From the NCBI GenBank assembly GCA_907165135.1, contig OU015570.1, forward strand, positions 1-64,000: DNA of 64,000 nt, read 5' to 3'. The DNA is from Oikopleura dioica. Its lineage: Eukaryota > Animalia > Chordata. The notes beneath the pieces are model-generated. The model saw only the letters and a list, made by a program, of their open reading frames with translations, was not told where the DNA came from and did not search any database. Positions 23,579 to 36,709 of this stretch are shown here, in pieces; positions within the stretch are counted from its first letter, which is position 1; each line of letters starts with the position of its first letter. The translations under genes and the position numbers were made by a program.

Positions 23579-26500
23579 GTGATTTTGGCTTTACAGTGAA
23601 AACCCAAAATTTGCCCACCCGAAATTTGGCCGCTTTTTGTCTAAAAAGCCATTTTAGGAACCTGATATCAATTAATTATTAATTTAAAGCAAATCGGGAG
23701 CTCCTTATTTTCTCTCACTCCCAGAAACTTATGCTCCTGCTCCCTACCTGCTCCAAAAGTGAAGGCTCCCAGAGGAGGCTCCCAATTTCGCTCCCAAAGA
23801 GTCCGAACTCTGGCTTATATTCAGGAAAATTTTTCGTTTCGCAAATTTATAAAATAAACTAGATTTTTTCGAAGCTTATGAGCGCTATTTATTCTCAAAA
23901 AACACGTTTTAAATACAGTGAAACCCCAACTTAACCCCACGAGTCCAATTGGAGGGCGTAACCGCACGAGTCTAAGTCGACATTTTTTGTCGAAATGGCC
24001 ATCCCGATGAGATAACTTATTGAAAATTAGTACTTGTACTAGTTAAAACGTGCTCTTTCACAGGGTGGTCTTTGTTTTTCTCTAGCATGAGTAGAACACG
24101 ATTAATTGGGTCTGACCCAATTTTATAATCACCGTTCCATCTATTTTTAGCGAGGCGCTAATTTTGAAATCTTCATGTCAATATTTGAATGAAAACACAC
24201 TGAACCAATTAATTAAGCAAGGGTTTTAGCAGGATAACTGTATGATGTATAAAATGCTTCCGTTTGTGCTGCCTGTATTACCGGTCCTCACTATCACAAA
24301 CTGTCCATCAATCCATGATGACAAGGAGAATTGTGCCAAGTGAAACTGGAATTTCTAGGTGGTTTTCTACACATATTCGGAACCGTCAGAGTCTCCTCTA
24401 CAACCGAGTATAAGTTTTATTTCCACAGACCCGGGATACCAGAAGTTACGGTCCCCTATCCGAAGAGTACCAGTCTGAAACAGGATCTGAAGACTTCATC
24501 CTTTTTGGCCTACCCTAGTACCAGATATTTGGCCCTTTGGAAGGCCAAAAGTGCCCCAGGGTCTTAGTCAAACCCCTTACTATCAATAGTCAAAATGATC
24601 CCCAGCTCCTGGGCTTCCTTAAACTGTATTATACTTCACCCCTACTTAGCCAAAATAAAAGCTCGTTTTTCATCGATTTTCCATACATATATAAATATAC
24701 AATATATAAAATGATGATTTCAACAAAATTTAAACCAAATTTTAGGGCTCTAATCGCTTGATTTTTTCCACATTTAAGTCTAAAGTTCAGACTCTGAACA
24801 TAGTTCGTTCCTTCAATAAAGCTCTCATGAGCTCAGATTGTGCACCGATAAGTAGGATAATCCCCTTTCCCGGCGCCAAAGAGCAGGTGTTTTCGAGTTT
24901 TGACGCGCTCTTACAATAAGTAAAATTCATCGGATCTTTTTGAATATGGTATCAGCAGAAAGGAAATTTTTCAGGCTTTCAGGAGATATATAATTTTCTA
25001 CACTTAATTGAGAATTTCAAAATAGCCATTTTCACAGTGCATTTCTATCGAAGGCTAATGCATTAGCGCGCTCATAGAAAAATTCGGACTCTATTGGAGC
25101 GAAATTGGGAGCCTCCTCTGGGAGCCTTCACTTTTTGGCGCAGGTAGGGAGCAGGAGCATAAGTTTCTGGGAGTGAGAGAAAATAAGGAGCTCCCGATTT
25201 GCTTTAAATTAATAATTTTTCTGTTAATCAACAATTTAATTCTGGAATCTTATCTGCGAACCGAAAACAAGAAAACGCTTACTTTATAGTATTTTCTTAA
25301 GAAGACACGTTTTTTCGACTCGAAATTTTTAAAAACGTCTCTTGAAAAATTCTATATTTATATAAAGCCAAAATCATATAGAGTTTGACTTTAATACTAT
25401 CAGCAAAATGTATGTTTCGCCGAGAAGAGACGCTTTTGGTTCGTTCATTATTTTTTAATATCAAATGAAATTTAATTTAATGCCCATGCCTGGTAATGGC
25501 TAGAAATGCTCACAGTGGCTTGTTAAAACGATTGGAGCAAGGTCTCACTTTTGTAAGATGTTTATCATGTTTCCTTTAGGTTTTCTAGTCAATCAAGCCT
25601 CTCAAAAATGGTAAATTTTTGACGGGGATGGTTCGTCTACGCCTTGTTCCATGATTTTTAAATTCAAATGGCTTGACGGCCCTTTGGGCCAGTTCAGCCC
25701 CGATCAGAAATCATTAATGTGATTAAAATCAGAATTGTTTCTTAATTCAGTTCAAAAAAGCTAAAAAATATCCTATATTAAAGTTCCATCTAGAAACTTG
25801 TATGCCCTCTGCGATTCTGTTGGAGAAAACTTTAGGAGTGATTCTAACGACTACGCGGCCAAGTTATATTCTAGAACGATTTTTTTCGAAAACAAGACAT
25901 TTTCTCTTATTTGAGATCATGTTTGAGTAAACTTGTTGTATAATTTCGAATTCTCGCTAATGGGCTTAATGATATTTGTATTGTTTTATTTAAGGAAAAA
26001 CTCTGTCATGTTTTTGCTTCGATACTTTTGCTTCATCGAGAAAATATGCAGCTGACTTCGTAATAACGAGAAGTCTTCTTCTTTCATTTGAATAATATAT
26101 TCTCACAGCATGGGCTTCATCCTTTGAGAGTGTTCTTTCGGGTTTAGGGACTTTTTGAAAAATTTCAATTAAATTTGTGCTGAAACAAGTGAAAGACAAG
26201 TAAACTGTTTTTTCTGGAAAATCCATGCTCGTAAAGTATGATTCTTGTAATTGCCAACGCTGCAATTTAAGCCACAAATATTGCATCTGCAGATGACATC
26301 GATTTGTTTACTTTTACCATAAAAGAGATAACTGACAGCTGCGTTCACGAGACATAAGCTGGCGTTAATCAAAGATCTTACTTACCTATCTGCATTGACG
26401 CTTTGATTCTTGCATAAAATGGATTTGTGTCAGAATGGTTAAAAAGAGAAGTTCAACTTTGAAAGGAAAAAATTTTGAACTTCGATTTTCTCGACCGAGT

Positions 26501-29500
26501 GCTTGTTCGAAAGCTCAGAGCAAGGGCAGTATGTTGGTAGCTGTATCGATCGCGACATTAAGATATTTTCTATTCTAGAGCCAAAAATGTGTCGCAAACT
26601 TTTAAAAATGCTCAATTTTCGCAAAATCGGCGAGACCCAATTTTCAAAAATTATTTTTGGTATTTTTAGTTTTTCAATGAAAAATCCTTCTGTAATTTTA
26701 AAGATAAATGCTCAAATAACAAATAAAAATTAAATAAGGTCAAGTTATCAGACTTGTTTTCGAGTTATTCAACCGTTTATATGGGCCATTTTGGCGAAGA
26801 TGACCACTTCAAGCCAAAATTTAGCCGCTTTTCGGTTGAGCAATTAATAAACACCTCTGTAATAGTTAAGATCTAGGACAGATCTATTAAATGAGCCTAT
26901 ATCGACTCATCAATCATTCACAAGCTCCGAGTTATTCAAGGCTCAAGTTGGGGAAATCGAAGATAGTACCCTTAATTGGTCCTTTGATGTCAATACGAAT
27001 TCTGGCAGTATTTTGCATTTAAAGATAAACTCGAACAGGCGGATAATTCTATTATTGTATTTAAGATATTCTAAAATAAATTTCCTCTCACTCATCAGTG
27101 TAAGTCCTAAAGAACGACTCTTTTTTAAGAATATTCCAAGAAGAGACCCTTCACGAGACTGATTATTAAAGCTCAAAGTTCAGGCTTCTAATTAAAAGCG
27201 AATTTAAGAGGTCTTAAGGGGTTCTCCTATATTTTTTGAAAAATCGATAAGACCTCAAAAAATGGCAATTTTTATCGAAAAATTTTTGCCACGGTTTCAG
27301 AAGATGGTCTTATTGAGACTATCGGATTCTACGGGATGGAGAACACGAAAAACATAACTGCTCTCGATTTCGAGATTTCATGGCGAGCGCTATTCTAGAG
27401 CCTCTAGCGCCTTCTAGAGGTGAAGGTCCCGGTGGTTTTCTACACATATTCGGAACCGTCAGAGTCTCCTCTACAACCGAGTATAAGTTTTATTTCCACA
27501 GACCCGGGATACTAGAAGTTACGGTCCCCTATCCGAAGAGTACGAGATATTTGGCCCTTTGGAAGGCAAAAAGTGCCCCAGGGTATGAGTCAAACCCCTT
27601 ACCAGGGGTGGATATTTTGATATCAAATCATTATTTCAACCGTTTTTGATTTGAAATTTCAAAAGATAAGCCTTTTTCAACTCATTTTCGCAATTGCAAA
27701 TTCATTTCAAATGATAATGGCGCGGAGCCTTTTTGAAATTTTCAACTGGTTCATTTTGCATTTTGCGAAAGGGTTTCAAATCTGGACAGATTTTTCAATC
27801 TTTTTCATTTTTCAAATCAATTTCAAATTGCTGAGCCTTGGAGGACACTAGAGGACACAATGTGTTGAAGAGGTATAAAAAGTGAAGTTGGACTCATAAA
27901 TTATAGAAAATAGGAAAATTTTCTTCAAAGGTACCAATTTTTGGTCGGCTTCTCGAATTTTGTACCACCTCCTTGACCCCCGGGACAAGGAATTCTCGCG
28001 CTCACAATTACCGTCATAGCCTGGGCTACACACTAAGACATGTGGTGCCAGAGTTGCAAATTTGCGTAGCGGAGATAGCGGAGCTGACGGCTCCGCTACG
28101 GGAAAACACTTTTCGCTCAGCTACTGTGAAGAAAATTCTTACCAGCTCCGCTACGGCCAAAAAATTTTTGCCAGCTCCGATTAGCTAAACTTTCCTCTCA
28201 GCTCCGCTATCTAAGCTTAGCTACTGATATTAAAATTAAGGCCCTTTTCTGTGTGAAAAAGGCCCTTACTATCAATAGTTAAAATGATCCCCAGCTCCTG
28301 GGCTTTCTAAAACTGTATTCTACTAAGCCCAAAAAAACTCGTTTTTCGTCGATTTTCCCTATATATATGCATTTGATATAATTATAAAAAATCTGTCAAG
28401 ATACATGCAGAGAGAAGTGTTTAAGCAACATTATTCTTATCGAAATTTGAAATTTGAACGAGTACATATTGAGAAAAACGATCTCAAAGTTCCTCGAGAT
28501 TACAGAAATCGAACTTCTTTGAAGCGGCGGTAGGGGATTAACGGATAAAAATCTACAAAATCGGTCAAGATTAATGCAGAGAGAAGGGTCCAAATAATAA
28601 TATTCAAATTGATTTTTATGTAGAAACTATCCGGTTAGTAGAATTATTAACTCAAAGTTGATCCTGTTTCAAAAAATCGTTGGGGACACCCTTAAGGCCA
28701 CTATTTTTCAATTTGTAGCTGCTGGATTCCTTCATCATCGGGAAAATCGATCCTTATTTTTCGTATGAAAAAGCAAGTCCACGTGTTTTGATTTTGATTT
28801 TCTTTTTCCCGTATTCTTCCTTGATCTTCTTTTCAAATTGCTCCATTGATGAAATCTTCGAATTATGAGACATTAAAAACCTTCGTTTCGATGTAGAATC
28901 AAAGATTTTTAACCGCTGATCATAAAGTCGAGAAAATGTCCGCGTCGGAATGTCTTTTCCATCATGTTTCTTTCGAAATAGCCCATTGATAATCTTCTTT
29001 GCATCACTCTTGTTCGGCGTCTTCACTAGAATCTCTGCATATCTTTTTTCTCGGCCAATATCATGTGGATTCTCTTTTCTTCTTGCGACATGTTTGCAGC
29101 AAATTTATTTTTCAGTGAATGAAATATATCCTAAGGTTTGATTCAAATAGCGCAATCAGTTTTTACAATTCATACTTGGTACGTGCGAGACATTTCTGAT
29201 AAGATCCCCGCCTTTCATTTTTGATTCCCATGATTCAGTCCCTTACTCCAAAAATAGAAAAATTTTAGCGTCATCCAACTTAGTTGGAGAATCACCAAAC
29301 TTAAGGTTTTACATAATAATTAAAATCAAACAAGAATTAAACTTATCTAGTTAAACATAAAAGAGACTAAAATTTTAGGTTCTAATATGGTGGTTTTATA
29401 CTGAAAGTAATTGGAACACGGGAATCAATCTCGAATGTGTTTATTAACCCTGATAGGTGTGAGCAGAAAATAATAAAATATATATTATTATATTTTATGT

Positions 29501-30100
29501 TATACCTGTAAAGTCAGGGAAAAGAATGATAAAATTATAGGGGTACAGTCGTTTTTATAGTGTAGGACACCACCCATCGGTGGCACGGACTTAGACTTGG
29601 TCGTACGAACTCGGCGTTGGCCATATCGCCAACGCTGGAATAGAGAGATGCGAGCTGTCAAGGTATGATGGAGTGGAAGCCTTGGCGTTGGGCGCGTCAC
29701 GACTCACTGAGCATAATAACATTGACCACGCGCGCTAGAATCCCATATTTCGAAGCGAAAACAGTAGGAAAACCACTACACTAAAAGAAACATACGATAA
29801 ATTTTGAGATTAAAAGTCGTCTCTTCTATAGAGCTATCCGCGGAATATACATAATTATTCAGATTATGGGTCTCTAGAATAAAGCAATTTAAATGTTTAT
29901 CATCAAAAAATAACATTTTACCAAAAAATTTTGGTCAAGAAACCACCTCAAGCTTCTCACCTCGACATCACCTCGCGGTTTGAGTGCGATTTTTGAAACC
30001 ACCCCACCCCTTCTCGAAAAATTCGAGGTGATTTCTAACCACCCCAACTTACCTCAGAAAATTTCGAGGTGATTTCAAATCACCTCACCTCACCTCAAAC

Positions 30101-30367
30101 GGGAACGGTCGGACTCATTACCAAATTTTTGGTAACCCATTACCAATTTTCGGTTGTCGATTATTAATTTATTTTAATTTTTTCGCCAAGTTAATGAATA
30201 AAACACCCCACAAATTTTCTATTATACAGGCGCGGAGCGCACACTCGCTCTTCGAATGAAAAAATCGACACTTTTTTGACGAATTTGGTAATGCATTACC
30301 AAAATTGGTAATGGGTTACCACAATTGGTAATGGGTTACCAATTGGTAATGAGTCCGACCGTTTCCC
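30101..30367. mobile_element. GG-terminal MITE with 9-bp TSD (Merlin- or MULE-like)
   Basis: TIR GGGAA(A)CGGTCGGACTCATTACCAA. Flanks ACCTCAAAC / ACCTCAAAT. Inverted copy at about 49160-49424 and partial copies near 6540 and 21130. Confidence 0.6.
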
Positions 30368-33300
30368 ACCTCAAATAATACCGAGGTGGTTTCAAACCAC
30401 CCCAGCCCACCTCGAAGAAATCGAGATGATTCGAAAGTCACCTCACCCTCGAGGTAGGATGGTCGAGGTGATTTACAACCCTGACTTAAGGGACCTTGCC
30501 GAGCTAGCTAAGACGCTACTTCACGCGCGCCTCATAGATTTTTGACTTGAGGTTTTTCAAAATTTTTTGGAAATATTATATTCAAAGAGTCATCTTTTAT
30601 TGCGATTTTTAGTTTTTCTATATCATGAATACTTTAGTCAGAAAGGCTAAAAAGAGAAGTTCAACTTTAAAAGGATTGAGCGCCCTCATTTTTTATCGCA
30701 CGAAATCGCATGAAAATACATCCAGCGGAAAGAGCAGACGATTCTCTACAAAAGTTAGGGGTTAGTATAGGGGTATAGTTTAGGGGTAAGTATGGGGTTA
30801 TGATAACAATTACCTGTCGAGATCAAGCGAGCCTTTTCCGGAGTGGATCGGTTCCGCAGCGGGCGTTTGCGCTGCGCGAGGCATTAATTTGGCTTGTTTG
30901 CGCGCGATTCCTGAAACGGGCGCGCTAATAACTCCTGATTACCGATTCTTACCGCTTTATAATTGATTTTCAGAAAACCCCATGAACTAACTTTTGTAGA
31001 GAATTGTCTGCTCTTTCCGCTGGATGTATTTTTATCTTCATATGATGAAAAATGAGGGCGCTCAATCCTTTCAAAGTTGAACTTCTCTTTTAACCATTCT
31101 GACACAAATCCATTTTATGCAAGAATCAAAGCGTCAATGCAGATAGGTAAGTAAGATCTTTGATTAACGCCAGCTTATGTCTCGTGAACGCAGCTGTCAG
31201 TAATCTCTTTTATGGTAAAAGTAAACAAATCGATGTCATCTGCAGATGCAATATTTGTGGCTTAAATTGCAGCGTTGGCAATTACAAGAATCATACTTTA
31301 CGAGCATGGATTTTCCAGAAAAACAGTTTACTTGTCTTTCACTTGTTTCAGCACAAATTTAATTGAAATTTTTCAAAAAGTCCCTAAACCCGAAAGAACA
31401 CTCTCAAAGGATGAAGCCCATGCTGTGAGAATATATTATTCAAATGAAAGAAGAAGACTTCTCGTTATTACGAAGTCAGCTGCATATTTTCTCGATGAAG
31501 CAAAAGTATCGAAGCAAAAACATGACAGAGTTTTTCCTTAAATAAAACAATACAAATATCATTAAGCCCATTAGCGAGAATTCGAAATTATACAACAAGT
31601 TTACTCAAACATGATCTCAAATAAGAGAAAATGTCTTGTTTTCGAAAAAATCGTTCTAGAATATAACTTGGCCGCGTAGTCGTTAGAATCACTCCTAAAG
31701 TTTTCTCCAACAGAATCGCAGAGGGCATACAAATTTCTAGATGGAACTTTAATATAGGATATTTTTTAGCTTTTTTGAACTGAATTAAGAAACAATTCTG
31801 ATTTTAATCACATTAATGATTTCTGATCGGGGCTGAACTGGCCCAAAGGGCCGTCAAGCCATTTGAATTTAAAAATCATGGAACAAGGCGTAGACGAACC
31901 ATCCCCGTCAAAAATTTACCATTTTTGAGAGGCTTGATTGACTAGAAAACCTAAAGGAAACATGATAAACATCTTACAAAAGTGAGACCTTGCTCCAATC
32001 GTTTTAACAAGCCACTGTGAGCATTTCTAGCCATTACCAGGCATGGGCATTAAATTAAATTTCATTTGATATTAAAAAATAATGAACGAACCAAAAGCGT
32101 CTCTTCTCGGCGAAACATACATTTTGCTGATAGTATTAAAGTCAAACTCTATGTGATTTTGGCTTTACAGTGAAAACCCAAAATTTGCCCACACGAAATT
32201 TGGCCGCTTTTTGTCTAAAAAGCCATTTTAGGAACCTGATATCAATTAATTATTAATTTAAAGCAAATCGGGAGCTCCTTATTTTCTCTCACTCCCAGAA
32301 ACTTATGCTCCTGCTCCCTACCTGCTCCAAAAAGTGAAGGCTCCCAGAGGAGGCTCCCAATTTCGCTCCCAAAGAGTCCGAACTCTGGCTTATATTCAGG
32401 AAAATTTTTCGTTTCGCAAATTTATAAAATAAACTAGATTTTTCGAAGCTAATGAGCGCTATTTATTCTCAAAAAACACGTTTTAAATACAGTGAAACCC
32501 CAACTTAACCCCACGAGTCCAATTGGAGGGCGTAACCGCACGAGTCTAAGTCGACATTTTTTGTCGAAATGGCCATCCCGATGAGATAACTTATTGAAAA
32601 TTAGTACTTGTACTAGTTAAAACGTGCTCTTTCACAGGGTGGTCTTTGTTTTTCTCTAGCATGAGTAGAACACGATTAATTGGGTCTGACCCAATTTTAT
32701 AATCACCGTTCCATCTATTTTTAGCGACGCGCTAATTTTGAAATCTTCATGTCAATATTTGAATGAAAACACACTGAACCAATTAATTAAGCAAGGGTTT
32801 TAGCAGGATAACTCAGTTATCATAACTGTATGATGTATAAAATGCTTCCGTTTGTGCTGCCTGTATTACCGGTCCTCACTATCACAAACTGTCCATCAAT
32901 CCATGATGACAAGGAGAATTGTGCCAAGTGAAACTGGAATTGCCAGTAGTTCACCTCGCATTTATATTCTGTAGATTTACAGTTTATGTTCAACTTGTTC
33001 TGTCTTCGAATTCAATCGATTTCGAATGAAAATACAGCATTTCAAGCCTTTTTAGACAAAAGTACCGATTTTCGATTGACTTCGTCAACTTCTAGAGGCT
33101 CTAGCGCCTTCTAGAGGTGGGGGTCCCGGTCGTTTTCTACACATATTCGGAACCGTCAGAGTCTCCTCTACAACCAAGTATAAGTTTTATTTCCACAGAC
33201 CCGGGATACCAGAAGTTACGGTCCCCTATCCGAAGAGTACCAGATATTTGGCCCTTTGGAAGGCCAAAAGTGCCCCAGGGTATTAGTCAAACCCCTTACT

Positions 33301-33756
33301 ATCAATAGTCAAAATGATCCCCAGCTCCTGGGCTTCCTTAAACTGTATTATACTTCACCCCTACTTAGCCAAAATAAAAGCTCGTTTTTCATCGATTTTC
33401 CATACATATATAAATATACAATATATAAAATGATGATTTTAACAAAATTTAAACCAAATTTTAGGGCTCTAATCGCTTGATTTTTTTTCCACATTTAAGT
33501 CTGAAGTTCAGACTCTGAACATAGTTCGTTCCTTCAATAAAGCTCTCATGAGCTCAGATTGTGCACCGATAAGTAGGATAATCCCCTTTCCCGGCGCCAA
33601 AGAGCAGGTGTTTTCGAGTTTTGACGCGCTCTTACAATAAGTAAAATTCATCGGATCTTTTTGAATATGGTATCAGCAGAAAGGAAATTTTTCAGGCTTT
33701 CAGGAGATATATAATTTTCTACACTTAATTGAGAATTTCAAAATAGCCATTTTCAC

Positions 33757-34273
33757 CAGAGTTCCAAAAAACGCAAAATTCTCGCGTGCGCGTGCGTGCG
33801 CGTGCGGAGAAATTTAGAATTTCGCGTGCGCGTGCGTGCGCGTGCGGAGACGACTTTCGAACACGCGTGCACACGCGTGCGCACGCGTGCGTGATCGTGC
33901 GCGTGCGCAAAAAGGGATAAAATTGCCAAATCTGACCAATTTTTGGCATCTCTAATTTTTTTCAATCGATAATTCTAGAACAATAATTGCTAGAACCAAG
34001 TCAAAATTGTTTTCAAACATAAGAAAACCGAAAATTTTATGCATTGAAATTGACTCTAGAAATTTTTTCGGCATAAATAACATAAAAACGCCAAATTTTC
34101 TAGGATTTCGAGCACGCGCACGATCACGCACGCGTGCGCAATCTCAATCTTCGCGTGCGCGTGCGTGCGCGTGCGCACAAATTTTCAAAATCTGCGTGCG
34201 AGTGCGTGCGCGTGCGCACGCACGCAAACACGCGCACGCGTGCGCACGGACGCACGCGTGTTTTGGAACTCTG
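33757..34273. mobile_element. hAT-type MITE with (CGTGCG)n-rich interior
   Basis: TIR CAGAGTTCCAAAA. 8-bp TSD ATTTTCAC at 33749-33756 and 34274-34281. The empty site aatagccATTTTCACagtgc is present near 25025 and 39745. Confidence 0.88.
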
Positions 34274-35019
34274 ATTTTCACAGTGCATTTCTATCGAAGG
34301 CTAATGCATTAGCGCGCTCATAGAAAAATTCGGACTCTATGGGAGCGAAATTGGGAGCCTCCTCTGGGAGCCTTCACTTTTTTGGAGCAGGTAGGGAGCA
34401 GGAGCATAAGTTTCTGGGAGTGAGAGAAAATAAGGAGCTCCCGATTTGCTTTAAATTAATAATTTTTCTGTAAATCAACAATTTAATTCTGGAATCTTAT
34501 CTGCGAACCGAAAACAAGAAAACGCTTACTTTATAGTATTTTCTTAAGAAGACACGTTTTTTCGACTCGAAATTTTTAAAAACGTCTCTTGAAAAATTCT
34601 ATATTTATATAAAGCCAAAATCATATAGAGTTTGACTTTAATACTATCAGCAAAATGTATGTTTCGCCGAGAAGAGACGCTTTTTGGTTCGTTCATTATT
34701 TTTTAATATCAAATGAAATTTAATTTAATGCCCATGCCTGGTAATGGCTAGAAATGCTCACAGTGGCTTGTTAAAACGATTGGAGCAAGGTCTCACTTTT
34801 GTAAGATGTTTATCATGTTTCCTTTAGGTTTTCTAGTCAATCAAGCCTCTCAAAAATGGTAAATTTTTGACGGGGATGGTTCGTCTACGCCTTGTTCCAT
34901 GATTTTTAAATTCAAATGGCTTGACGGCCCTTTGGGCCAGTTCAGCCCCGATCAGAAATCATTAATGTGATTAAAATCAGAATTGTTTCTTAATTCAGTT
35001 CAAAAAAAGCTAAAAAAAT

Positions 35020-36709
35020 GATGGCACTCGATGTACCGCATCTGCGGATGTACCGCATCGACGGATGTACCGCATCGGCGGATGTACCGCGCTTGCGGTA
35101 GGTCAGCCGATGCTGTACATCGGCCAATGCGGTACATCGATCGCTTTTTTGCAAAAATGCGGTACGTCGATCGTTTTTTGCCGAAATATTTCTAGAACGG
35201 GTTTTTTGGCTAGTGAGGATGCGGTACGTCGATTGTTTTCACTCATAATGCGGTACATCGATCGTTTTTTTGTGAAAATGCGGTACATCGGTCGCTTTTC
35301 GCCTTCAAAAAGTGATAAAAGCTTTCGACTCTTGGTTATGAATTCCTCGTCGACCCCCTGTCAGCCGAAGATTACGGCCCAAAATTTTAAAGCTGTAAAG
35401 AAACTTTTGAAGACTGAAACAAAATGATCATCTAAGGTCATTTCTTGTTCAGAAATATTTCTATTATAAGTCATTTACTATTATAAGTATATTCAATTTA
35501 TCCTTCTTGAGGATCTCTCCAAGATAAATTCTATCTGCTGACTAATTGACGAATCTTGAGGAAAGCTCGACAAAAATGTAAAACGACGTTCAGGAAACCG
35601 AGTACAGTGGGTTGCGCAGGTAGTTGCCCCTAAAGAGCGGGCGAAGGGTCAACCAATCCTGCAATCACTTTGAGCAAGTCTAGAAAGAAACAATAGAAAA
35701 AGCGCGGGCGAAGGGGCAACCAAAGCGGCAATCGCAAAGGGGCAACTACCTGCGCAACCCACTGTATATGAGCAATAATTATATTAACAATGTTTTTAGG
35801 TTGACCCTGACTTTGTCCCAACCGTATTCAAAATCCTTATGTGGTAGCTGGGCTGCCGTAGCATCTATACATTTTCTGAAAGACTAGATTCTTTTGCGTT
35901 GCCTCGACTGGGTATTGTGACCTTGACGAAGTCATATGACCGGGTGTAGGGCGGCCACGTTCGCAATTTGCGAACGCCGTTCGTAATTTTGCGAACGCCG
36001 TTCGCAATATTATTACTATTGATTATAAGGGGTTAGCTGATGCTCTGAGACAAATTAAGGGGGGTCGAAAAACCCGAGGGTCAACCAAAAAAAGAGTTTT
36101 ATTAGTAGATTCTGTCTTATATTTTATAAGATAGCGCCTTGGCACATAAGTACAGACTGTACTGTACAGTGGGTTGCGCAGGTAGAGCACCCTTTGTGAT
36201 TGCGGCATTGGTGCACCCTTCGCCCGCACGCTTTACGCTTTATTTTTATCGCTACTACCAAAGCTATTTCTGAAGAAGAAATGTCCGATGATGATCATTT
36301 TTGTAGTCGAATATTTCACTTTTCAAAAGTTTCTTTACAGCTTTAAAATTTTGGGCCGTAATCTTCGGCTGACAGGGGGTCGACCAGGAATTCATAACCA
36401 AGAGTCGAAAGCTTTTATCACTTTTTGAACGCGAAAAGCGACCGATGTACCGCATTTTCACAAAAACGATCGATGTACCGCATTATGAGTGAAAACGATC
36501 GACGTACCGCATCCTCACTAGCCAAAAGCCCGTTCTAGAAATATTTCGGCAAAAAACGATCGACGTACCGCATTTTTGCAAAAAGCGATCGATGTACCGC
36601 ATTGGCCGATGTACCGCATCGGCCGACCTACCGCAAGCGCGGTACATCCGCCGATGCGGTACATCCGTCGATGCGGTACATCCGCAGATGCGGTACATCG
36701 ATTGTCACC
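35020..36709. mobile_element. Foldback element with (CGATGTACCGCA)-repeat arms and an A-rich ~8-bp TSD (Merlin-like)
   Basis: Inverted arms at about 35020-35450 and 36270-36709. It interrupts the repeated module at gctaaaaaat|atcc and contains a nested TA-TSD CAGTGGGTTGCGCAGGTAG MITE (about 35605-35763). A related arm lies at about 38400-38770. Confidence 0.65.

Noticed and set aside
33725-34312. Arg/Ala/His-rich ORFs
   Set aside because: They are translations of the (CGTGCG)n interior of a hAT MITE.
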